Positions 28,047-35,597 of a DNA stretch of 35,597 bases are shown here, piece by piece. The notes beneath the pieces are model-generated. The model ran no database searches and was not told the origin of the DNA. It was given only the letters and a program-made list of their open reading frames with translations. The stretch comes from Deltaproteobacteria bacterium. GTDB lineage: Bacteria > Bdellovibrionota > FAC87 > UBA2466. Every line of letters starts with the position of its first letter. The stretch's first letter is position 1. Where the stretch lies: NCBI GenBank assembly GCA_043776735.1, contig JAYVQZ010000109.1:1-35597 (forward strand), given 5' to 3'. The position numbers and the translations under genes were made by a program.

Positions 28047-30191
28047 ATGGGCCGAGGCGGAATTTCGTCATTTTTTTCAATAATTTTGGGTCTCCTTGGC
28101 CTGTTGGCGCCAACTCTCCTTTTTGCCGAACCGGTCTCCATCACCTGGATGATCCGACGCCATATTCCGGCGGTGCTTTCTATTGCGCAGGAATCATTTG
28201 AAACGCCGTGGTCTGAAGATGAATTTCTTTTCAATCTCCGAAAGACTGACGTTGTCGGCATGGTAGCCGAACGCAATGGCAAGGTTGTTGGCTACATGGT
28301 GTACGATCTTAGCGCTACGAAGGTCGTGCTTTTAAATTTTGCCGTCGCCTCTGAAGCCCGAAACACCACTGTGGGGTCTCAGATGCTGGAGCGGGTTATC
28401 AGAAGACTTTCTGGACTTCGCCGAGACGAAATCATTCTCGATATTCCTGCAGATATCCAAGAAGCCCAGGGCTATTTCGAAGCAAAGCGTTTTAGAAAAG
28501 TGATCAACCCAGAAGAAGGTTACGGACCTTTAAAACCGAACGAAACCAGAATGCGTTATCGGATTCCCAAGGTCGGCACGACGAAGAATCTTGAGCAGCT
28601 TGAGCAGAGGGATTTTTATGAACAACTAGACATCCCCATGCATGCCACTTTGGAACAGATAGAGGCGGCGTATAAGGCGAGCCGTACTCTTTCCAAAGGT
28701 AAGCCCGAGGCACAAAGAATTTTCGAACAGGCGTATCTGACGCTGAAGGACCCGGTGAGGCGTGCCAAATACGACGATCATCCGGCCAGTCGGCCAGCGG
28801 CACGGGAGTTACCCGATTCGGTAATGGAGGAGTACGCCCCTTCCGAAAATCTGGCAGTTATCAGCGCCCAACCAGAAAGTGAAAACTACTACCAACGTTT
28901 TGGTCTTCCTGAGAACATCGACCAGAGCAAAATTATTGATCGATACATCACATTGGCCAACCAATTTAATACGGATCCGCAGGCCCTGGTAAAACTTGCA
29001 GAGGCATTCGCTGTGCTCAGACACCCCATCACGCGCGCCGCCTATGACAGGCAAGAGAGACGACGGCAGCAACCTGGTGGAAATGAATTGGTGGAGAGTC
29101 TGAGAGCTGCTGCAAAACTGGCGAAACCGTCCTCGAGCGATCTTTATGAACGAACAGGAATTCCGCCAGAGTCTCAGATAGAAAAATTCCCCGAGTATCT
29201 CGATAGCGCCCTGTTGGAGCACGCAGCCGACGGCGCCGCACGTGGTAGGTTAGTTGATGCTCGTGACCGCCTTGATACTCTGCAAAAAAAGGTCACCTAC
29301 GATCTTTTCCGTCTCAACCTAAAAGCAGTGGCCGACGCGTTTGCCGCTATTAGTCCAGAGGAGTCAGTACAGGATTACCTGCGCCGAATGTTAGAGATTC
29401 TCCCTTTGTTAAAGGGCCGACCGATAGAGGCTAAGCTTTTCTTAAAGCATCTTGAGCAGAAAACGGTGACACTGCTGAATAAACCGCCGTCAGCTGACGA
29501 AGTGGAAGATCTTGTAAGGCTAGTTGAACTGTTTTACTTTGGCGCAAAAATTCCAGCGGGGGATTTTAGTAAATCATTGCGAACTTATCGTTCTCGCCTG
29601 GCCACAGTTCTTTTTGGAGAGGTAGCCCAGAGTCGCCAGGCGCAACTCAAGATTAAAGGGTTTTATGGTCGGTTAGTAGAGGGAGAGCCTATTGAATGGC
29701 TTTTTATTCATGCCCCAGTAAAGCCGGTCGTCAGCAAAACCGCTTTAGCTCAGTCAGGTTATCATATCAAAACGCCCAGGGAAGTGGAGCGGGCACGAGT
29801 CGAAAAGCTGCTTGATAGCACTTACCATTATAATGGGTGGAAAAATGTAGGGCTTTTGGAAAACCCAGAACGGCCAGGTACGATCATGCCGTTTAAAGCA
29901 ATCGCCGCCGCCTCTCTTGGACTTTGGACCACGGCAATTGTTTTTCCCGAACAAATTGGCATGCCCCTTTTAGAGTGGGGAAATAGCCATTTGCTTATGG
30001 GCATTCCTCTTTATACGTCGGTTAGTCTAGCCGGAATTTATGGCATCTATGCCGGCGGCCATCTACCGAACCTGATTCGCCGAGGTCTGCTCCAGGCTAG
30101 ACTCAAATGGATGAATGCTGTGGATCAACCTGTTGAAGTAAAAAAGGGAGATTCGTGCGGTGGTTTGTTTAGCCGGCTTTTTGGCCGCTAG
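28047..30191 (+). CDS. Exported multidomain protein: RimI-like GNAT, three J-like domains and C-terminal TM segments
   Basis: Signal peptide ending LLFA-EP. RimI-like ITWMIRRHIPAVLSIAQESFETPWSEDEF..VGMVAERNGKVVGYMVY..LLNFAV, then J-like repeats DFYEQLDI..RRAKYD, NYYQRFGL..TRAAYD and DLYERTGI..KKVTYD. Start is ATG 28047 or GTG 27987. Confidence 0.85.
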   Translation: MGRGGISSFFSIILGLLGLLAPTLLFAEPVSITWMIRRHIPAVLSIAQESFETPWSEDEFLFNLRKTDVVGMVAERNGKVVGYMVYDLSATKVVLLNFAVASEARNTTVGSQMLERVIRRLSGLRRDEIILDIPADIQEAQGYFEAKRFRKVINPEEGYGPLKPNETRMRYRIPKVGTTKNLEQLEQRDFYEQLDIPMHATLEQIEAAYKASRTLSKGKPEAQRIFEQAYLTLKDPVRRAKYDDHPASRPAARELPDSVMEEYAPSENLAVISAQPESENYYQRFGLPENIDQSKIIDRYITLANQFNTDPQALVKLAEAFAVLRHPITRAAYDRQERRRQQPGGNELVESLRAAAKLAKPSSSDLYERTGIPPESQIEKFPEYLDSALLEHAADGAARGRLVDARDRLDTLQKKVTYDLFRLNLKAVADAFAAISPEESVQDYLRRMLEILPLLKGRPIEAKLFLKHLEQKTVTLLNKPPSADEVEDLVRLVELFYFGAKIPAGDFSKSLRTYRSRLATVLFGEVAQSRQAQLKIKGFYGRLVEGEPIEWLFIHAPVKPVVSKTALAQSGYHIKTPREVERARVEKLLDSTYHYNGWKNVGLLENPERPGTIMPFKAIAAASLGLWTTAIVFPEQIGMPLLEWGNSHLLMGIPLYTSVSLAGIYGIYAGGHLPNLIRRGLLQARLKWMNAVDQPVEVKKGDSCGGLFSRLFGR

Positions 30192-30544
30192 CCTTTCGTG
30201 CGCACTCCCATGGTGGTAAAGAATTGGCGAATTTCTTCCCGCCTATCCCCCTGAATTTCAATGAGCCCCTCTTTGCCGTCTAACCGGTAAGTTCCCCCGG
30301 TTCCGCACCTGTTTTTTAACTTCTTGGTCCAGTCTTTAAGGAAAATTTCCACTTTAGGAAGTCCATCGGCGATGGTTACTGTTTTTCCTCCTCGCCCCGC
30401 TTTTTCAATTCGTAGAACCGCAATAAACTTTTTACCGGTATCCGGCTCCTTGGCGCAGGTGCATTCGGAAATCAACTCCTTACAGCGCGAACATTTCTGA
30501 TTGAACTTGGGATCGGTAGAAAAGACGAGGCGACTGTCTGACAT
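30188..30544 (-). CDS. yciH: Translation initiation factor SUI1/eIF1 homolog (YciH family)
   Basis: SRLVFSTD, CxxC-x5-CxC, LRIEKAGRGGKTVT, KKLKNRCGTGGT and IEIQGDRRE. Its stop overlaps the convergent gene stop (CTAG 30188-30191). Confidence 0.92.
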   Translation of the reverse strand: MSDSRLVFSTDPKFNQKCSRCKELISECTCAKEPDTGKKFIAVLRIEKAGRGGKTVTIADGLPKVEIFLKDWTKKLKNRCGTGGTYRLDGKEGLIEIQGDRREEIRQFFTTMGVRTKG

Positions 30545-30570
30545 AGTGGGCAAACATTACCGAATCCGCT

Positions 30571-30611
30571 AAATAAAACAACCCCGGGAGGTCGTCGCTC
30601 AACCCCCGGGG
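30571..30611 (-). terminator. Rho-independent terminator-like hairpin just upstream of yciH, on the yciH strand
   Basis: Minus strand: CCCCGGGGGT-TGAGCGACG-ACCTCCCGGGG, a 10-bp stem with one bulge, followed by TTGTTTTATTT. Confidence 0.65.
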
Positions 30612-30735
30612 CCGTATTAGGAAAATAAGCTGAGCTCTTGTTAGAGGGGCTAAACCTAGATTTCCTACCCCAATCATCACCTGTCTGAAAAAATTGTCGA
30701 ATTTATAAGCGGAATCGGTGTAATAAGGAAAAACT

Positions 30736-31620
30736 ATGATGCCTTCTCCTCATGATCTTGCGTATTTTATCGAAGTAAGTCAGACGCTCAACGTCTCTCG
30801 TGCCGCTGAGCGTTTGGGAATCAGCCAACCGACATTGAGTTTGGCCATTCAGCGTTTGGAGAAAAACCTCGGCGCCAACCTGCTAATTCGAACTAAATCG
30901 GGAGTTCACCTAACCCATGCGGGCCTGAAGCTGGTCGCACAAGCTCGCTTGCTTTTACTTGAATGGGAAAAGATTCGTGAGGACGCCCTTCGCGATGAGA
31001 ATGAGATTCGCGGGCGGTACGTGATTGGCTGCCATCCTTCTGTTGCGCTCTACTCGTTGCCCAGTTTCATAAGCGAACTGCTGGTGAATAATCCGGAGCT
31101 CGAGATTAAACTAGTCCACGATTTGTCTCGTCGTATTACTGAAGACGTTATTAGTTTTAAAGTTGATTTCGGAATTGTCGTCAACCCGTGGCAGCACCTT
31201 GATCTGGTAATCAAGCCGCTGTGCCGCGATGAAGTTACCCTTTGGGTGGGCCCCAAAGAGACCAGGCTTACGGATCCCTATTCCGGGGATGCCGTATTGA
31301 TTTGCGACGATGACTTGGCCCAAACGCAACACATTCTCAAGCAGCTGGCAAAAAAGGGAATGGGATTTAAGCGCGTTATTAATTCGGCTAATCTCGAGGT
31401 GGTTACCGCTTTGGTGGCGTCGGGGGCCGGAGTGGGAATTCTTCCAGGGCGAGTGGCCACCCGAATAAAGGCCCAGAAACTGCGTCCCGTAGCTGAGGAG
31501 AGCCCCACCTTTTCTGATAAGATTTGTCTCGTCTTTCGTGCTGACGTTCAAAAATCCAAAGCAAGTCGTATGCTGGCTAAGATAATTGAAAAAACAATGA
31601 ACCCCGAATTCGAGGGGTAG
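30736..31620 (+). CDS. LysR-family transcriptional regulator
   Basis: HTH LAYFIEVSQTLNVSRAAERLGISQPTLSLAIQRLEKNLGANLLIRT, substrate-binding domain ending VASGAGVGILP, 294 aa, AAGGA RBS. Confidence 0.96.
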   Translation: MMPSPHDLAYFIEVSQTLNVSRAAERLGISQPTLSLAIQRLEKNLGANLLIRTKSGVHLTHAGLKLVAQARLLLLEWEKIREDALRDENEIRGRYVIGCHPSVALYSLPSFISELLVNNPELEIKLVHDLSRRITEDVISFKVDFGIVVNPWQHLDLVIKPLCRDEVTLWVGPKETRLTDPYSGDAVLICDDDLAQTQHILKQLAKKGMGFKRVINSANLEVVTALVASGAGVGILPGRVATRIKAQKLRPVAEESPTFSDKICLVFRADVQKSKASRMLAKIIEKTMNPEFEG

Positions 31621-31638
31621 TTTGAGTTTTAATTTGCG

Positions 31639-33318
31639 CTAATTTCGTCTGGCATAGACCAGGACAGGCGCCAGCTCATGGGGCGTCTTAATTTCTGCAA
31701 TTCGGTCGTAGCTTCCCTTTTCGCAACTTTCAAAGAGCTCCCTTGGGGTTCCGTAGTGGGTATTTTGAATAAAAATGACGTCATACTCGCCGCTTTCAAT
31801 CCGATGGCGTAACTCGGTTGTCTTGGGTCCGAAAAGAGTAATCCCACTATGAAACCACAACGGCACTCCACGGGCAGGGACAAAGTTTAAATCTGCTGCC
31901 AATGGGGTTAGCTCAGACATGTTAAGGGCACCAATGGCTTGGGCGGGAAACCGTTTTTTTAGATCCAAGTTTAGTTTTTGCATTTGCCTTAGAAAGCCAC
32001 CGTTGACGTAGGCGCCCTCAAAGGCGCCGGTGGGCACTCTCGTGTATTTCTGATTCTTATTCACATCAAGATCATTTAACACGCCTGGGGGATGGTGACT
32101 CCAGGACAAAAAAAGCCTGGGTTGTCGCATGGCCCGATAAAGGCTTCCAAAACTGAACTGACATGACCAAAGCAATGTGCCGATCGTCAATAGATGGACA
32201 GGCCACCGCTTTCCCCGACAAAGAAAAAATAGGACGGCAAAAAAAAAGGGTAATGCATACTCGTTAGTAAAGCTTAAACCACTGGTCTGACTAAGAATAC
32301 TCCCTTGAAAGGCAAGTGAGAAAGCTACGAATCCGAAAGCAAGAAAGACTCTGGGTAGTGTTTCTTGCTTATTTCGATTTAGGAAAAGGATCACTGCGAT
32401 GCCGGAAACCAAGCTCGGAAAGAAATTTATAGCTCTACCCAGATATATCGAACTGGCCCTGGAGTAGTGGGGACCGAGTCCAAAATTGAACGATTGGAAA
32501 ATGCTGTACTTCGCAAACGGGAGGAAAAGAACAGCAGAGGCTACGAGAAGGGATCCCAGGTAGATCAACAGTGCGTTCTTTCTATTCTTCCTGTGAACCA
32601 ACAGTACCAAAGAAAGGTTAATGGCAGCGGCAAAGACTCCACAATCCTGTTTTGTCATGAAGGTCAGCATCGACAGCGCGCCGGAAGCGGTGACGAGAGA
32701 TAGAAAACGGCGACTGTTTGGAGAGTGTTCCGCGCTGGAAAGCATGGCTAAGAGGGAGAGCATTTCAAAAAGGAATGCGGTGGAGTTGTACCAGGGGAGA
32801 GTGAGCGAAGAGCAATAAGACAGCGTGAAAAAGAGAGCCGATAGAATTCTGGTCGTCCAGATTGAGAGCGGCGGAAAGGTAACCTTTGAGTGCTTCTCTG
32901 GGCGGCAAAATAGGCGAACCATCCGGTCTAGTATCAGCAAGAAAAGGAAATTCAAAAAGACCTGACAGAGAACCAGAGCCTTCATCGTCGGTCCGAATGC
33001 CTTAAAGAACAGTGCGGGAAAAAGGAGAGATCCATAGCCTACGGGCATGTCAAAATCTCGATAAGGGATCTGTCCCAGGTAAAGTCGATACGCCCCTTCC
33101 CAAATAATGGAATAGTCGCGAAAATAGATTCCCTTATAAAAAAGGGGGGGACAAGCCAGGGCGACAAGGAATGCCAAGAAAAAAAACTCGGGCAGATATT
33201 GGCGTAGGCTTAGCGCCCGTGATTGAGGCGTGCAGCGGCGTCCAAAACCGAAAGGCGTGTTTAAAGCGATCTCGCCTGGCGCCGTTCCAAAGCTGAGTTG
33301 CCGGATGGCGCGTAGCAT
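31639..33318 (-). CDS. Polytopic membrane protein, GT-C-fold glycosyltransferase-like
   Basis: RDYSIIWEGAYRLYLGQIPYRDFDMPVGYG, FMTKQDCG, about 11 TM segments and a soluble C-terminal domain. Start position uncertain. Confidence 0.75.
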   Translation of the reverse strand: MLRAIRQLSFGTAPGEIALNTPFGFGRRCTPQSRALSLRQYLPEFFFLAFLVALACPPLFYKGIYFRDYSIIWEGAYRLYLGQIPYRDFDMPVGYGSLLFPALFFKAFGPTMKALVLCQVFLNFLFLLILDRMVRLFCRPEKHSKVTFPPLSIWTTRILSALFFTLSYCSSLTLPWYNSTAFLFEMLSLLAMLSSAEHSPNSRRFLSLVTASGALSMLTFMTKQDCGVFAAAINLSLVLLVHRKNRKNALLIYLGSLLVASAVLFLPFAKYSIFQSFNFGLGPHYSRASSIYLGRAINFFPSLVSGIAVILFLNRNKQETLPRVFLAFGFVAFSLAFQGSILSQTSGLSFTNEYALPFFFAVLFFLCRGKRWPVHLLTIGTLLWSCQFSFGSLYRAMRQPRLFLSWSHHPPGVLNDLDVNKNQKYTRVPTGAFEGAYVNGGFLRQMQKLNLDLKKRFPAQAIGALNMSELTPLAADLNFVPARGVPLWFHSGITLFGPKTTELRHRIESGEYDVIFIQNTHYGTPRELFESCEKGSYDRIAEIKTPHELAPVLVYARRN

Positions 33319-33364
33319 AAACAGGAGGCTCCTGATTCACTACACACATCGGCAGAAACATAAA

Positions 33365-33417
33365 TTTTCTTTAATCGCTTTTTCTTTTTTTTCTTTAATC
33401 TTTTTCTTTAATCGCTT
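33365..33417. repeat. Three copies of TTTTCTTTAATC(GCTT) in a pyrimidine-rich intergenic tract
   Basis: Copies at 33365-33380, 33389-33400 and 33402-33417. Confidence 0.75.
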
Positions 33418-33438
33418 AAAGCGGCGCAAATTAGGGAG

Positions 33439-34122
33439 TTATCGATTTGGCCGCAGCACGATATCAAAGACGCCTGCTTTAGTTGCGGTGCGCCCGGCCG
33501 CGATGGGGCTAAACGGAATAATGAGCGACTTGGGTACTCGCTCGTAGTCATTCCACTTTTTTACAAAGGCTGCAGTTTCGCTGTTATCAAAGGTCGTAGG
33601 ATCGAAGTACATCTGAGTTGTCAGCGCAAGGTGCCCCTTGGCGTGCGTCTTAAAATGAATATGGGGCGGACGGTATGTTGTGGGAGTATTGGGGTAGTAA
33701 CCAGGGACGACAGAACGAAATTTGTATTTCCCCTGGCTGTCTGTGTGAGCGCGGCCCCAGTATTGAAAATTGGGATCTAACTCTAGGTTATTAGGGTCTT
33801 CAGAATGGCTGTATTTCCCGCTAAAGCAGGCTTGCCAAATCTCAACCAAAGCCCCGGAGAGCTTTTCGCATTTCTCATTGGTCACCGTTCCTGTCAGGTA
33901 AATGATCTGTCCCTTTGCCTGAGGATCGCCGGAATGAATGACAACGAGGTCACTGTCTCTTTCAAGATCACCTTCTGGATAATAGGGGCCTTCCTGCTGT
34001 GGTAGGGTGAGCCCACATACGGCAGCAAAACTTGGTGAGCTGGCTAGGAGTGCGGTGAGTCCGCCTCCCATTTTAAACCCAGAAGTTATTAATTGGCGTC
34101 GGCTTAATTTTGAGTCGATCAT
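33439..34122 (-). CDS. Tat-exported intradiol ring-cleavage dioxygenase family protein (protocatechuate 3,4-dioxygenase beta-like)
   Basis: AGGAG RBS and ATG 34122. Tat motif SRRQLI, EGPYYP, VEIWQACFSGKY, PGYY and RPPHIHFK (Tyr/Tyr/His/His iron ligands), LTTQMYF. Confidence 0.9.
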   Translation of the reverse strand: MIDSKLSRRQLITSGFKMGGGLTALLASSPSFAAVCGLTLPQQEGPYYPEGDLERDSDLVVIHSGDPQAKGQIIYLTGTVTNEKCEKLSGALVEIWQACFSGKYSHSEDPNNLELDPNFQYWGRAHTDSQGKYKFRSVVPGYYPNTPTTYRPPHIHFKTHAKGHLALTTQMYFDPTTFDNSETAAFVKKWNDYERVPKSLIIPFSPIAAGRTATKAGVFDIVLRPNR

Positions 34123-34210
34123 GTTTTCTCCTAATTCCAAGTCCCATCGTAGAGGAGCTTAGGAATAAGAAAAAATAATTAAGCAATATAACAGCAATAG
34201 AAAATTCCTA

Positions 34211-35413
34211 TTACTCGGTTGGCGTGACCTCCGTTGTGGGGAGAGTCGTTGGCGCGGCGATTTTTTGATTGTCGGCCTGAAAGAACGCGCTCTTTTGCAT
34301 TCCTTCAGAAATCTTCTTATTGCTGATCCCCATTCCATGAAGCACAGCGAACGTATCGCCGCCCAAAACAGGAGTTGGTCGTAGCGTTTCATTAGGAAGG
34401 AAGCCGGCCCATGTCAGCGGATCGGTGGCTAACTGCGGCCTGGCTTGGGAAAACCCAAGATGCTCAGTCCAGGGCACCACCCGGTTTAGACAGATATCCC
34501 TCTCTGCCACCAGAGTTTCCCAATACGAGGCGGGGGCATCGAGAAACAGCGTTTCGATTTCAGCAACCAATTCTTTATCCCACATGCGATCTTTCCAGGC
34601 GGCACGGTCGACCACTTCGCAAAAACCAGTCCAGTGTTTTTCCTGAATAGTATTGAGCGCCACCCACTGGCCGTCGCGGCAGCGATAAAAGCGGGAATGA
34701 GGGTACGTGCCATCCATTGAAGCCTGAGTGCCAAAATCGGCTCTCTTGTCCTCGCCAAGTGATTCTGCCTTAAACGCATCGAAGGCTCTTCCAAGGTAAA
34801 GCGTGCGAAATCCTTCATCCATATTCGAAATCAGATGCATTCCCCTTCGGGCGGGGTTGGCTAGATGGGAAAGTAGTTTCATGGCGGGGACCATCATGCC
34901 TCCCACAATGTCACCAAACTGGCTGCTGTAATTGGGAATTCCGTTTTCAATCCACCAGTCACCGACTCCAGAGGCAGCGATAAAGTTGAGATCATGGCCG
35001 GCCTTTTTTCCTTTTTCACCGGCAAAACCGCGAAGCGACAGATAAAGGAGATCAGGGTTTTTTTCTGAGAGCTCGGCATAGCCAAGGCCAAGAGCGTCCA
35101 TTACGCCGTCACGAAAATTTTCGACAAAGACATCTGACTCTACGATGAGCTGATGTAAAAATTCGATCGCCTCTCTTTGTTTGAGATCGAGCGCCATCGA
35201 TCGTTTTCCCTGGTTCATCAGTTCAAAGGCCGCCGATTGAGGGAGGGTGCGAAGCGGATCCCCATGGGGGAGGGCTTCGATCTTCACCACGTCGGCGCCA
35301 TACTGGGCAAGAAGACGAGTAAGAAACGGTCCCGGTAGCATAACCGTTAAGTCCACGATCCGTAGGTGCTGAAGTGGTTTTTCAGGCTCGTCATTCCACA
35401 AGATGTTGCTCAT
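34211..35413 (-). CDS. Family III CoA-transferase (CaiB/BaiF; alpha-methylacyl-CoA racemase-like)
   Basis: AAGGAG RBS and ATG 35413. PLQHLRIVDLTVMLPGPF, GADVVKIE, NQGKRSMALDLK, DVFVENFRDGVMDALGLGY, AGHDLNF and FGDIVGG. Confidence 0.94.
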   Translation of the reverse strand: MSNILWNDEPEKPLQHLRIVDLTVMLPGPFLTRLLAQYGADVVKIEALPHGDPLRTLPQSAAFELMNQGKRSMALDLKQREAIEFLHQLIVESDVFVENFRDGVMDALGLGYAELSEKNPDLLYLSLRGFAGEKGKKAGHDLNFIAASGVGDWWIENGIPNYSSQFGDIVGGMMVPAMKLLSHLANPARRGMHLISNMDEGFRTLYLGRAFDAFKAESLGEDKRADFGTQASMDGTYPHSRFYRCRDGQWVALNTIQEKHWTGFCEVVDRAAWKDRMWDKELVAEIETLFLDAPASYWETLVAERDICLNRVVPWTEHLGFSQARPQLATDPLTWAGFLPNETLRPTPVLGGDTFAVLHGMGISNKKISEGMQKSAFFQADNQKIAAPTTLPTTEVTPTE

Positions 35414-35597
35414 CGCCAAACTCTCCTTGAGCGGTTCCCTTGAAAACCCCATTCTAACCCGGACCGAAGTAGATGAAATCCTCCTATTTTTAGAAGAATA
35501 GTCCCCTTGTCGGTGCCCCCCCGATTGGGTAGAAGGTGGGAATGCTAAAAAGACCGAGTAAATGCGTGAAGTCCGGCCTGTTTCTGGTGACTATCTG

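Noticed and set aside
30480-30680. 66-aa ORF as a yciH leader peptide
   Set aside because: It runs through the terminator hairpin and overlaps yciH out of frame, with no clear RBS or regulatory codon run.
35500-35597. Cobalamin riboswitch or RNase P fragment at the window end
   Set aside because: Only isolated words match (GGTGC..GGGAA; CAGATAGTC). Core motifs are missing and the sequence is truncated, so it may simply be the end of an upstream gene.

Overview
A 35.6-kb bacterial chromosomal window of roughly 50% GC with about 22 credible CDSs and one tRNA-Glu(CUC). I see no integrase, transposase, CRISPR array or rRNA. The high density of signal-peptide hypothetical proteins suggests a Bdellovibrionota/deltaproteobacteria-like diderm; this is inference only. 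Recognisable genes are a tolC-macA-macB-type ABC efflux operon, a JmjC/cupin oxygenase, a secreted NucA-like endonuclease, a YajD HNH protein, SUI1/YciH, LysR, a Tat-exported intradiol dioxygenase, a family III CoA-transferase and three GT-C-like membrane proteins. Four things stand out. (1) A three-gene operon encodes an inverted OmpA (peptidoglycan-binding domain first, barrel last), a 2641-aa lipoprotein of 26 disulfide-bearing IPT/TIG repeats in alternating A/B register tipped by a 7-blade Kelch propeller, and a SurA/PrsA-like lipoprotein. This is a candidate dedicated adhesin display system. (2) The MacA has almost no alpha-hairpin, and a downstream stand-alone protein looks like two adaptor hairpins. 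(3) A secreted fusion joins a RimI-like GNAT to three HPD-less J-like domains. (4) Several secreted orphans share a terminal C-x(2-3)-L motif, including an ART-toxin-like candidate. All family calls come from reading motifs by eye, not from database searches.
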